Shown here one piece after another: positions 23,895 through 37,500 of a stretch of DNA of 64,000 bases (its first letter is position 1; every line of letters begins with the position of its first letter). Below the pieces are notes generated by a model that had not been told where the DNA came from, made no database searches, and saw only the letters and a program-made list of their open reading frames with translations. The DNA lies in contig NMRA01000023.1 in assembly GCA_002633005.1 (NCBI GenBank), positions 302,580 to 366,579 of the forward strand, read 5' to 3'. This DNA is from Phoronis australis (Eukaryota > Animalia > Phoronida). The translations under genes were made by a program, and so were the position numbers.

Positions 23895-26800
23895 ATGTCG
23901 CAAAACCCGGACAGTGAGCAGCAAGACGCAAGTGGCAGGCAGGTCGCCTCTGCAGCGGAAGTCATTAACAAGGAGTTGCTGGAGAAAGCCTTGAAAAAGG
24001 CGGATGGTCAAGAAAACCTCGTCGTGACCGACTTTTCCGTTTCCAAAGCGGCAACATTTGGTGAGTAGTGGAACAATGTCTTTGCTGAATTCGAGAGCCA
24101 ATTAACTTTGAAGAAGTTACATATGAAGCAGTTCATGAATGTCAAAATGTCGGCTGCAGCTCGATCTACGCGGCAAATCTGAAGGTTGCTATCTGATGTA
24201 AAATTTTGCTAGTTGTAGTTCTCGTATGCCACCTTGGATGAGTACAAAATCGACAATGAATATAGACTTTGTGGGAGGAGTTTATTTAAAGCGCATAGTT
24301 ACCCCCCTCCCCCTCCCAGCTTCAATGAGGCTTGAACGTGGTAATTAAATGTCAGCATAGACAGTATAGGGCACGACGCTAATTTAGCGTAACGTGGCGA
24401 CCGACTTCACCCAATATCCCGCGTACATGATCGATCCTTTGTCTTCCGTCTGCTTGCATCCTGTAATATTTTGAGTGTGTGTGGTTGTGTCTTGACGATG
24501 TCGTGGCTACCTGGGAGGCTGGGATTTTTACCAGGTCGCTTAACAAAATCTGTTGCAAATCTAGCCATGGTATATCTACCCCTCCCAATGTAGATGTTGA
24601 AAGTGGGAAACTGTTTACGTCAAATTCCGCCTTCTCATGTGACGCTGTTTGAACTAATATAGCTCAAAACGAAGTCGGGAATCATATAATTTTTTCTTAT
24701 TTCATAGAAAACAGGATGCACATCAAAATAAAACGTCAAAGAAAAAATAAACGGTGTAACTTTTTGTATGGGAAGCACTCGAAATTTAGAAAAAAGTCAT
24801 GGTCACCTCAAAGTGAGAAAATTTCTGGAACGAACTGGCTTTATACGTTTACTTGTCACGGCCTGCCAATTGATTCGACGAGCGTTGTCTTGAGGAAAAC
24901 TGTCGGTTCTTTGCAAGACCAAAAATCACATCTCATATGAGTAAAGAACAATTTCAGAACACTTTTACAATAAAAATCAACTTTCTGTGACGGAAAGCGA
25001 GTCCGCGTCAGAAATATTAAGGGCTACTTTCGTATCAAAATGACATTCTCCCATAAGGTAGATACAAAAATGTGGAAATAAGCATGTTTATTTTTTCTTT
25101 TGAGAAAAAAAATGATGTGCATCGTTTGCGCATATAAGTAAAACAAGTCTCCGATACGAATTCAGTGGCTTGCAGTATCAATCGCAAAATCGATTTCGCG
25201 GCTTTCCCTTGCGAACCCCGAAAAGGAAATACAGGTCTAGCTGTTGTCATCAAAATGTGATCCTGAAACAATAACAGGCTATGAGCACTACCAGTTATGC
25301 TAAGTTTTAATATTTTGTGATCATTATTCTGTCAAGATTTGGAACTAGTTCTCTATACGTAGCACGAGAAAGATAACTCTCTCATGTCTATATTTTTCTT
25401 GATGTTAAAACAATGGATGGTTCATTCGCTGAATACCCACTTCTAAACTGCCGACAAATTTCACTCGTGCCAGCTACGAAAATGTCCAGGACACCATGTA
25501 CATGTACATGTACATGTAGTTCTAGGTCTAACAATTGTTTGTCAGAAATTATTACACGCCCAGTAACACTTGTCGTGTGATTCGCGAAAACGCTGTGTAA
25601 TGGATCCGTTATGAGGTGATGTTGACGGGCTCTTCGTGTTCCACTACGGTTTGCTTTAGTAGAGACGCGAAACAAATATGTATACGGCACTCCTCCTGTC
25701 GACAGCAGTTTCGCCTAATCATTTCTCTAGTTTTTGGTCGTTGAAAGTGGAATGCTGGCCCAAGAGCTATGATGTTGGTCATGTAGATATTTGTACATCT
25801 CGCGATACAAACTGTCCCCATTCGTTTTTGCTTGATGTATTTTTTTCAAAGAAGGTCCGACTGTGGCGATACGTTACGTACCATGACTTTAGAACGTTCG
25901 TGCACCGTCTAAATGTCGATGCCGTTCTTATGATGTGTTGTTTGCATTCCAGGTGACGGTTTCATGTCAATCGTATGCAGTGTCCAGGTTCAGGCACAGA
26001 TCGGGTGCGAGAACAAAACGGTCTCCGTGATAGCTAAAATCTTGCCAGAGAATCCAGTTTTAAAAGACCTGGCTTTAAACACTGGCATGTTTGAAAAGGA
26101 AGTAGGCTTCTACGATTCCATACTTCCTACTTTGGTTAAGTTCCAGGAGAACCGCCAAGTGACGCCCCGACTCCCATCAGTGCCCAAATTCTTTTACGGC
26201 TTTGAAGACAATGATAACAATTTAGGGGTAGTAATCATGGAAGACTTGCGTGACCTAGGGTACAAATTGGTCAATAAAAGAGAAGGCTTTGATTACGACC
26301 ATTGCCAATTGGTTGTAAAAGAACTGGCAAATTTACACGCGTTGTCATTTGCTTGGAAAACGGAAAATTCAAATTTTATGGAGGGGGATTTTGGATTGTT
26401 GTTGAAAGAAACTTTTTTTTCGGACGAGATGGTTGCTGCATTTAAGTTTGAAGAAGAGATCAGGACAGCACTCAACAAGGCTTTAGGTTATTTCTATTCT
26501 GCAACGACTGATGAAAACGCAAAAACCAAAGCGAAGGTTATCTTTGACAAGATGGAAACTGAGATTTATCATAACGTCATTAAAAAATATCTCACTTTAC
26601 CAACGGAACCCTACGGTGTGATTTGTCATGGTGACGCATGGGGTAACAACATGATGTTTCGTTACGAAGGAAGCAGCTCTAAGCCAGTTCAAGTAAAATT
26701 ATTGGATCTTCAGACCACACGGTACGCTCTACCGACCACCGACTTGTCGCTCTTCTTCTTTACAAGTGCCTTGTCAAGTGTCAGAAAGCAACATCTTGAT

Positions 26801-27118
26801 GATCTTCTGAAGCTCTATCACGAAACCTTCACGGAAATGCTAAGCCACGTGAATGCACCCTACCCAGATTTCACATATGAAGTATTTCACCAGATGTTCC
26901 TGAACACGGCTATATATGGAGCTGTGTTGGCGTGTGATTATCTATACTGGATACTCGCCGACAGCGATGCCGTAAAGACTTTAGAGACGTGCAACACTAG
27001 CGACCAGATGGTGGATCACATGCAGGAAATGTCGTCAAAGGCAAGCGTCGCAGTACAGACTTTAATGAAAGAGCGCGTGGGCTCTATAATTGAAGATTAC
27101 GTAACACTTATAGCTTAA
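23895..27118 (+). CDS. ecdysteroid kinase-like (EcKL / choline-kinase-like) protein, copy 1, 443 aa, 2 exons
   Basis: Exon 1 23895-24060 (MSQNPDSEQQ...SKAATF, GTGAGT donor) splices in phase 1 to 25953-27118 (GDGFMS...). Motifs: FEKEVGFY, IMEDLR, LANLHA, CHGDAWGNNMMF, LLDLQ. Confidence 0.9.
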
Positions 27119-27299
27119 CCAGCCCTGCATTAGGCAAAGACATCGCCCTGAATGTCACAGGAATCATCTAACCGAATAGCCAACCGAGGACTACGCGTTG
27201 CCTAGCCCTGCCTCTATGACCTTGCAAGCGCGAACTTCTTTTAATTTCTAAATTATTTGTTTCTAACACAGAAGACTTTCCTTCAAAAATGTGCATGTA

Positions 27300-28424
27300 G
27301 TTGCACAAAACGTGAACCCCAAGGTCATTAAGTACGACTGTAGGCCTATACTACTATTGGAGAACACACTCTCGAATCAGGGGCGTGGGATGCCAGTTTT
27401 GTTCAGGACCGGCGCTGATACCACAGTGACAAAAAGTTTCGAAAGTTTAAAATGATACTAAACCCTGTTTTGGAGATTTCACCAAAATCTGGTTCTTTCT
27501 CTTGCTGGCGCATCTTTCGTAGTTGCCCTGAGTGATAAACGTACTTTCCGACAGACACTGTATCATAAATTGAATTTTGTGTTTTGAGGTGGGTGGTCTT
27601 TCCCCACAGTCGTCATGTAACTCTCCTAAATCGTTAGTCCCAGTTAACCGACTTGGTAAGATTTTCAAACATTCTCCAAATTTGGGAGGACTGGCATCAT
27701 TAACAGAACATTATTTCATTTTAAAGATTTCAATTGACAAGACCTTTATTGTATCTACTAATAAGCCAGATCCGGCTTCAGTATCCTTTTAAGCGTGGTC
27801 ATCGTGGTTCACTTTTTTGACTACGTCATTGGTGTTTTTGCAATATATGGAATAAAAATTGCCGAAGACTTATTTTATTCTCAAAAGTTTGAAAATCACT
27901 AGCCAGCCATCAAGTCCCTAATACTGCAGGGACTAGGCGACTCCGCAACGTCGGGAAAATTACTTTACAGTACGTTCCAGCCATTCTGATTTTTTTTTTT
28001 GCATCTAGTTATTCACCTGGAAGAATGACAATGCTCATCGTCTATTAAAAACCAACGTTTTGCTTTATTTCTCTTTTGTCTGCGACGCGTATTTGCATCT
28101 ATGCTTGCTTTAGGGCGCGAAACTAGACAACTTGGTCGCACATGGGACCTTTTTATACCACGCTGGGAAACAATTTTAACTCCTCTTACATTCAATAGGT
28201 CCGTCCCGAGTTACCCGGCGGTACAACTTTCTTTTGTCCCGGAGTTAAGAAAGCGCCTGACCTCGTTTTGGAAATCAGGCACATTTTCGTGACTCTCCTT
28301 GATGTACATGTACAGGCGTAGGGAAGGCGAAGAATTCCCAATCCCGCATCCATGGATATTTGTCCAGATAATCAAACTTTCTTACGTCGGACTTGCAGTC
28401 CACAGCACAGCAGTAATACGTCAT
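27300..28424 (-). pseudogene. decayed THAP-domain (transposase-like) gene, copy 1
   Basis: MTYYCCAVDCKSDVRK...WEFFAFPT then frameshifts; downstream VNHDDHA* (DHxY-like, 27789-27800) and a KTGIP fragment. Confidence 0.55.
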
Positions 28425-29276
28425 TGGTATTGGAAGGGCATCTCTAAAGTAATGCAACCGAGAAAAAAACTTGGAAATAACCAGACAACTACAAATAACA
28501 CGCCAACTCCAATGGCACGAAAACGATCGATGTAGCAAATGCGCCTGACGGATGTTTTCGCCATTGTGGGTAAATACAGCGAGATTCGATGATGGCACGT
28601 GTCAACGAAGAGACATCTGTTTCGACACAAACGGTTCCAGGCCCTTCTTCACTGAACCCGGTTTTGGCATGTGAACAGATATTGGGGTTACGTACGACGT
28701 TATCAACAACTATTCATTTAGCCGCGTTTACAAAAACTATAGGCTTTAAGTCAGTAAACTAAAGGTGTATTTTCTTATGAACCCATTCATCCATTTCTAA
28801 AATATGGTATTCCTAAGTTGGGCAAAATTTGGGCATTTCTATGGTGTCAATCTTGAAATGACTTTCCCACCAGGCTCTCTCAAACAAGGTAGTTTAATCT
28901 TCGACAGCACTAAAAGCTACCAAACGAGCAAGCGTGACCTACACTACAGGCGAGTTACACAAATGCAGGGAAAGGTCACTGGCTAAGAACTGGATATTAA
29001 TTCAGTCGGACGCAGTAGCCGTGTTCTCATATATTACGAAGTGTTTCAGGAAAAGTGAACGGGATAAATTCCACAAAAGGTCGTCTTGTGGTTTCCTTGA
29101 AAATGCATAAAACGAAGACTAAATATTTTAGAGAACTGAAGCAGCGTATTTGAAATCTTATTAAAGAAATGTTCAGCTGTCAATGTACCTTTCCTTTTTG
29201 TGATCCAATTAATAGTAGGTTGGTAAACGCATTAAAACTAAAATTTCAGGCTTTATTTCTACTTTTAGAAAATATA

Positions 29277-31124
29277 TAAGGTGTCCCAAAAAGTGACCCA
29301 CTTTTGACAAGTAATTTCTCAGCAACTGACCAACCTAATTCGTTCAAATTTGTCACATTGTATCGTCAGCGTGTTGTCAACAAGTCTATAAAGTATCTCG
29401 GAGAAATATAAAAAATATGGAAGTACTGTAGAAAGTAAATCTGAAACTGAATAAGGCGATCCAGATCCTCTTAAGGATACTGTTGTTTCACGAAGTGTAG
29501 AATATATATAGTGGAATAAAACAACAAGAATGGATTAACTGAAATTTTCGGATATAATAACATCCTTCGTCAACAGATGAAACAGAAATAAAGTAAAATC
29601 AAACACTACATGACAATTGACATTTAACATGTGCCGTAATGAATATGATCAGTTGATGCATTCTTGTTGTTTTATTCCCCTATATATAGGAAGTACTGTG
29701 AAATTCAAAACAGCGGGGTGAAAAGTGCAATATCACTGTGACTTTCATCGTGTTCACTTTGTCCTGGCACCTGTCAGTCAAAAATTGCCTGCCTAAGTTT
29801 CAAGACTACTGGGTTTTTTTATTGTCAGGTCTGTATCCAAATCAGTTCTGTTCTATATTCCGGTTTGTAAGGATGCCTTTGAGTGAAAATGGTCACTTTA
29901 CAATTGAAACCTGTTTCAAGGAGAAAGGGTGGAACGGAAAAGGAATCGTGAGACAATTCTCAGGAAAACGGTGGAGTCGTGCGACTGTAGACTTATTGCT
30001 AAAATACGCAACACAGGGTCTGTTGCACGTAAAAGTGGCAGTGGGAGATCCAAGACTGTGTGTTCGAAAGAAAACGAGGATCGTGTTTAGGAACTAATTT
30101 AATCCCAGGAGGACAACTCGGGGAATTACAAATCGCTGAGAGTAGTCGCAAGCGATTTACAATGAAGTGAGCAAGTCTGCTGCGCAAAGAGTGGCGAAAA
30201 ATTGGCGTTTTAAAAAACCCTTCAAAACAATGTGGGGAGATCAAAATGTTAGAAGGAAAAGAAAAACTCGATGTCGCTACTTGATGACCAATATTCAGCC
30301 ACTGCTGTGAAAAGAATCATCTTGACTAATGAAAAAGACTTTACGCTAGAAATCACTAAAAATCGTCAAAACGATCGTGTTCATCGGAAATGAAAAAGGA
30401 GAAATTCAGCCTTCTCGGCTCTGTCATGAGACTACCAGATTTTGCAAAAAGTAATGGTTTCCGCTCGATCATCTTGGGATGGACAAACAGATATTCATTT
30501 TATTAACAATGAGAGAGCCGAAGTTAACAGTCAACCTACATGCAGTTCTTGGGTGAAAATCTTCTCCCGGATTGCAGGCGACTTTATCGTGAAAACAATT
30601 ACGTGTTTCAGCAAGATGGGGCTCCTTCACTCACGAGCAAGATAACCCAGGCCCATCTGGAGGCCACACCATAATTCATCAAAAAGAACGAGTAGCCTCC
30701 GCTCAGTCCCGATTGTAATCGAATGGACTACGCCATGTGGGACTCTCTGATGGAGTAAGTTTACCGCGGAATGAGAGGCAAGTTGACTCAGCAGGAGTTA
30801 AAAGACAGGATAATTATGTCATGCGAGGATATCTCGATGGAAGAAATACTGGTTGGAAGAAACGGCACCAATTAGCCGTGGACGATGATGGAGACCACAT
30901 TGAGCATGGACGGAAATAAACGAGCTTCCCTTTGATATCGTATGTTTTGATCTGTTTTTTACATTGACAGTACTTGCACAATTGGACACAGATCTTTTTG
31001 ATATTTTGTACATTTGTTGACGATATCTTAGTGTTCATCAATAAGAAGTTTGAACAAGGAAAATAGGTTTTTCTGTTGCTGAAAAATTACTTGTCAAAAA
31101 TTGACTCACTTTTTGGGACACGTG
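29277..31124 (+). mobile_element. Tc1/mariner-superfamily element (maT/DD37D-like), defective
   Basis: ~50-bp TIRs GTGTCCCAAAAAGTGA..TTTTGACAAGTAATTT.TCAGCAAC at both ends. The transposase relic starts at ATG ~29873: ...SGSGRSKTV, IILTNEKDF, NRQNDRV, KVMVSA, FQQDGAPS..(36 codons)..SPDCNRMDY, with stops and frameshifts. Confidence 0.85.
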
Positions 31125-32824
31125 ATATATTTTTTGCTGAGCTGAAATCTTTAGTTTTGTAGATGTCTTGTTAATAAAAGCCTACATATAAACCTTCAGA
31201 TCAGCAAAGCAGGGTACTACCCTTTTTAATTATTTGTTTAGACAGAAAGCTACGGCAAGTGATATTTGAGGCTTCTTAGATTTACTGAGCATATTTAATT
31301 ATTTCGATATTTAGGTCGCACATAGCAATAAAATATTCATTATGCAATTTTAAAAATTCAGTGACTGATAGAATAATTCTTTTTGGCAACGCGTAATTCT
31401 ACTCATCTGCTTAGGCTGCAAACGGTCGGTAGACAGGTCCTGGCGGTACTACCGAAAGAAATTGTTTTCTAATTATTTCATATTGGTTATAGAAAATTAC
31501 GACTTCCGAGATTTTTAATGACAAATATCTAATTACGTTGCATGAAACAAACACACGCAATTAATCGTTACCTATATTATTTAGAAAACTGTAACAACGT
31601 TTTAAAGACCTCATCTTGTTATATTTTTATCAAATGAAATTTCCATATTGTTGATCCCAAAGTGCTGCTTTACTATTTAATGTAACTAGAGAAGTGGTCA
31701 CGTGACCCACCGAGTAAATGTATACACAAAACGTACCGAAAGTAGCGTAGACGAAGTAATATCCCACGAGACATTATTCTCGGTCGATACGCTTCGAATT
31801 CCTAAATATCTTTCATTTTTTTCAGCAGTTTTGTTAAATATTTCACACAGACTGTTCACATGGCGGATCACATCCTATGTGTATATACTTCGCTTTAGGT
31901 TTCAAGTTATTTCTTGTAAAAGAAAGTTTTATAACCGTTCCTTACTTGAAAAGAAATAACAACGATGAACACAACGGTAATTAAGCATTGAACGTGTAAC
32001 ATTTCCTGAAAATTGTTAAACAACATTAAGAAGAATAGGCGCCTGAGTTGTAACTTGGTACAAAGCTGTATACTAAATATATATTTTGACGACAGTCTGT
32101 CTACAACTAGCTGGCTGGCTACGTGAGTTGCAGGCGATATTATATTTAGCAATTCAAATCTGAGACAGAAGTGTCATATCGTTAAGAGTTTTGTACCAGA
32201 TGTTGAGTTTAGGGTCTTATTGCATGTCGAGTGTTATTTATACTGCTGCAACTTTATTACTTTAAACTATATTCGGAAAGTTTGATGATCGAACCAGCTA
32301 ACGACTTCGAGACGACATAGACCTACCTTTTGAACTTTACATGTCAGAGGGCACTCTTGAAGTAGTGCGGTAGGCGAATACGGAAAACATTATTACATGC
32401 AGTATTACACTCGACTGATTCAACGAGTATGGGATAAAATAACAAACCATGATCAATTATCCAAGTCTGTAATTCTTCAAAGCCTCCTGTCCATGCATTT
32501 CTAAAAATAATCACCGATCAAAATGATTTTAAGGGAATGAGATTAAGTTTGTCAGATGATTATTGTTTGAGAATGGCTTTGGGGAATTTTCCCCAGACTT
32601 CAGTTCACCATTCGTTCCAATGCGTAGCATATTCGAAAATTCTGTTCAATCTGAATTTCATGTGTTGCCAAATTCGTGTTGGTCAACTTTAATTGTTAGT
32701 CATCAAGTGGAGACAGGACGGTATCTACCATTTCGTAAGGGACAAGTCAGGCTTCACATGCCATTTCGAAAAATTGGTTTTATTCAAGTACTAGGGTGTA
32801 CAGGTGTATTCCGGATATATAGTC

Positions 32825-34200
32825 ACGTGAAGTTAAATACACGCGTACTCATTAAATCCATAGAAGAGGGTGGATTGAGGATGACTGATGTCAAAAAATT
32901 TAATGTGTCTTTAAAAATTTCATGGATTACAAGATGCTTTTTAACAACATCCCCATGGACTTATTTGTTGCAAAAAGATATCGGGCTTACTAGAGATGGA
33001 ATGTTGAACTATGGAGACTATAGATTAACTAGATCGAATAATTGTTACTCTTTTTGGGCGGAATGCCTCCAATATTGGAGCCTTTTAATTCACAAACAAA
33101 CTATTTCAGGTCACGAAGATGCGGTGTCAATTAATGCATGGGCCAACAGTAGTATAACGGTGGAATACACCCCTTGTATTTATGAGTCATTCGTTGAAAA
33201 AGGTATAATAATTGTGAACAATTTTTAGACTGGAATGGTAATTTCTACACCTTTGAAAGTTTCCAGACAATTCATCAGATTAATGTCAGCTTTCTCAAAT
33301 ATTATTCAATTGTCAGAACAATAAGAAATACCAGAAAACGTTTTCCAAAAACTTAATACTAAAAAAGATATATGGACCACTTGTACCTTTTTCCCTAAAA
33401 AAACATTATTTTGACGAAAAAGGGGTGTCGGGAATCTTAGCATATTCTGTACAAAAATGACCTAATAACATTGGCTCAAAAGAAATTCGAAGTATTGGGA
33501 GAAGATGTGAAACTTGTATTACAAACTTCCTCATGAATGTACGAATGACACAAGCTTACTTTTCTTTCAATTCCGCTTACTGCATAGAATTCTACCTACT
33601 AACTACTTTTTAAATAAGATTAGATACGTGGACTCAAATGCTTGTACTTTTTGTAAATGCTTTCCCGAAACTCTAGAACATTTATTCTTTGAATGTGAAT
33701 TTGTTATTTTTTTCTGGCACGGGGTACGTCTCTGGTTAACGACTGCAATGCAAGTAAATTTTGAAATAGACAAAACCACCATAATATTTGGTCTTCAAAA
33801 TGAAAAGAATAGAATTTTGAATTGGTTTCTTTTAAAAACTAAAATTTTCATTTTTAAAATGAAATTTCCTAACGTCAAACCTAATTTAGGATGTCAAAAT
33901 TTTTTTGAATGATTGTTTTAATGTAGAAGTTAGTGCTTCGTTAAACACACGCAAACTTAATGATACAAAAAATGGGAAGGTTGAAAATGTGTTTTTGAAA
34001 CATGAGGGGACCCAGAGAGTTGACCAGATGCCAGAACAGAAATTTAAGTAGTATTTTTTAACTTCGAAGTAACAATGAAATGCTTTCTCGTTATTTTTTG
34101 CATGGTGCTGTACGTTGTTGTGTTGTGTTGTGTTGTATTGTGTATATTTGTATATGTATCTGTCTTTTGTAACAAATATATTAATTGTGAACAAAAATAT
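32825..34200 (+). mobile_element. 5'-truncated L1/Tx1-clade non-LTR retrotransposon (ORF2 C-terminus, zf-RVT)
   Basis: IEEGGLRMTDV..FNVSLKISWITR; FQFRLLHRILPTN..L..I...CTFCKCFPETLEHLFFEC..V..FW; stops and frameshifts between these; GT-rich 3' region. Confidence 0.85.
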
Positions 34201-34596
34201 ATATGTAAACAGCTACCTCACCAGAGAATTCGACCACAAACGCAACCCAGTCGCAAAAAAACTTTTACTCTCGCGACACCTAGCGACCTGATAACGTGGA
34301 TCTGAGCATGCGCACGCCAACTTTTTGGTTAAAAATCGCCAGCTGATATAGCCCATGGTCGTTCTAGTGCGCTGTACCTTCACAAGCTATCCGTGACGTC
34401 AGCGTCTGAGGCTCGGGAACCGGGCTATAGTTAGATCGGTGGTCTGATCAAAGGTTGGCATTGTGTTCGTGAAAGGCTTTTTTCTGAATTTTCGCCTTCG
34501 GTCTCACTGCTACTTAGCCGGAATTTCGATTTCAGATAAGACAAATTTACAAAAAAGTCGAAGTTGAAATTGCTCTACTTATTTTGTTAAGGAAAA

Positions 34597-37500
34597 ATGT
34601 CGCAAAACCCGGACAGTGAGCAGCAAGACGCAAGTGGCAGGCAGGTCGCCTCTGTACCGGAGGTCATTAACAAGGAGTTGCTGGAGAAAGCCTTGAAAAA
34701 GGCGGATGGTCAAGAAAACCTCGTCGTGACCGACTTTTCCGTTTCCAAAGCGGCAACATTTGGTGAGTAGTGGAACAATGTCTTTGCTAAATTCGAGTGC
34801 CAATTAACTTTGAAGCAGTTACATATGAAGCAGTTCATGAATGTCAAAATGTCGGCTGCAGCTCGATCGACGCGGCAAACTGGAATGTTGCTATCTGATG
34901 ACAATTTTACCTAGTAGTAGTTCTCGTATGCCACCTGTGAGTACAAAATCGACACTGAATATAGACTTCGTGAGAGAAGTTTATTTAAAGCGCATAGTTA
35001 TCCCCCAGCTTCAATGATGCTTGAACGTGGTAATTAAATAAGGTCAGTATGTACAGTATATAGGCTACTAGGGCACGACGCTAATTTATCGTAACATGGT
35101 GACCGACTTCACTCGATATCCCGCGTACTTGATCGACTCTTTGCCTTTCGTCTGTTTGCATCCTGTAATATTTTGAGTGTGCCTGGTTGTGTCTTGACGA
35201 TGTCGTGGTTACCTGGGATATCTACCAGGTCGCCAAACAAAATCTGTTGCAAATCTAGCCATGGTATATCTGATGCATGAAGCAACAAAACAGCTATCTT
35301 CCAAGCTTTACAGGTGCATTCCTGAAAGACTTTCCGCGAGAAAAACCATCTGCAATAAACGGTGTAACTTTTGTGTGGGAGCTTAAACGTGAACATGTGA
35401 AGTTTTCTAAATTTATAAAAAGTCTTAGTCACCCCTTATCCATGGGCGACGCACCATAGGGGGCAGGGGGACTACAGCCTCCCCCCACTTTTTTAAGCGC
35501 TACGCCGTCCATGGTCTAAGGGAGCTTCGCCAGAGGGGGGCTGGGGGACTATAGCCCCACTTTTTTCAGTGCTGCGCAGCCCATGTTATCATCAACAATA
35601 TCTAACTACAATAAGTACCAGGTTAACTGCTGACAGACACATCAGACCCATAATCCAAAATCACGCCTGAATGGATGGAACTGCTTTTTGACCAGCTGCA
35701 TCAGTTTAATAAACAATTTGAGGGATACAAACCAAAAGGACAGTTTATAACCAAGCTTTCTGTGGTAACCTGAACACCGCTGATTATATAGATGAACCAG
35801 TGAGACAACTGAAAACACGAAATACCAATTTTAACATATACTCAGAAACGCATTATTATTTATACAAATGTTACACAAAGCATTGCACAACGTCAATGGG
35901 AAAACTTCAAAACCTACAGATCAAATTTAGGACTCGGAAAAGTCGAAGAAATGACAGTAAAATCGAATACCGCTTGTAGTTCTGACAACTACGCTTGCTT
36001 CTCTTTATTCATATTTTTTTATTCAAGAAATAGTGGCGACCAACTAATGAGACACAACTTGAAGCAAAGTTTCAGGAACTGGATACATTGTAAAGCTTTA
36101 ACATTCATCAGAGGTAATTGTAAACAATGATAAAATAACATGGATGCAGAAGAACGGTAGCTGTATTTCACTTATTTAAATAGAATTATAGTGGTGTAGA
36201 ACAGAACATGACAAATTGATATAGAATAGGAACGACGTACACACATTGTTGGATGCACATATATGTATGTTTTAGCACAGTAAATGGATGTTAAGTAGAC
36301 GCAATTTTCAACTGAAAATGTCATTAGTCTTTGGCCAAATGAATATTGGAATTATTTTTGAATTTTCACTTGCTTTCTTAAAGAAGCACATTCATTCACC
36401 GGATGTTGCTGCAGTTATAAGAATATTTCTAACCACACGCAGTTAACAACGCTAATTTTTCTTTTTAAGGTCTTAATGCTTAAACATCATACAACAAATA
36501 GTCTAGCTCAACGAAATTCTGTTCGTCTTCGTGAGGTGAATGCACTAAGCTGTCAACTTCTGCTCAAACGTGATTAAAGTCTGACTTGGGCTAGAAAGCA
36601 AGTACAATATTATTTTATCCATACTCCTTGTAAAACAATACAGTAAATGTCGGGTAAACTTATGAATTGAGTAAATGTCCTTGATGTTTTCTGTAGAAAA
36701 ACAGAGCAACTCAAGCAAAACAACAGATGGCTAAATGAGCTACACAGTGACTGCAATCAGAATGTTTCATTCGAAATCACATATTAGAGTGATAAGTAAC
36801 AGCAGTGTCCACTGTAACTTATAATGTTACTAGAATATAAGTACATACACACCATACACACATCTCAGAGTGACTGCACAGCAAGATAATTGCACAAGAA
36901 ATACAATTGTGTAATAAACGTCAAGTGTTTATGTCATGTAAACGGGAATAGATAGATTGTGTTAAGACCACGCTTTCATTCTGTGACACTTTATTGAATC
37001 TAAATCACTTGTGCCCTGATATACAGAAAGCAACTACCACTGTTTTTGCTACATATGTTAATGGTCATCCTGTCGTTTGCAAGCAATGCTTCTTCAGTTC
37101 GAATGGGCAATGTGTCAAAGTCGTAGACCAAGTAAGTAAACTTGGACCGGGGTGACTTTCTTGGTCTACGACATCAACATGTTTACTACAGAAATGAGCA
37201 GTAAATTACATGCATACTCAGGCTGGATGGGCCATAGAAGTTACTCGACAGAAATAAAGCAAGTTGGCAGAGACATATTTGAAATATTTTGATGTGCTAA
37301 CATAAAAGTAAATCCAAAATGAAGTTATTCAATAAAGAGACAACTTAGTAAACTAAGAAATAACATGACCAATTTGAAAACCATGTCATTCCTGGCACCA
37401 ACACAGGGTCCAAGTGATTTTTGAGCAATGACAGGCAGACCAATAGACCAAAACAAACCCAAACAAATGAACAAATATGACAGAATCTGACCTATATATA

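Larger units (their letters stand above)
23700..29835 (+). repeat. segmental duplication, copy 1 (partner ~34385-45845)
   Basis: Colinear high similarity through EcKL exon 1, intron parts, exon 2, 3' flank, THAP relic and the left end of the mariner-like element. Confidence 0.9.

Noticed and set aside
23716-24101. Minus-strand ORFs conserved in both duplicates (also 34579-34803, 26293-26478, 42220-42402)
   Set aside because: Antisense shadows of EcKL exons; conservation is explained by the duplication.
32563-32824. N-terminal part of the 221-aa ORF
   Set aside because: No L1-like character before KLNTRVLIK; likely chance read-through from flanking DNA.
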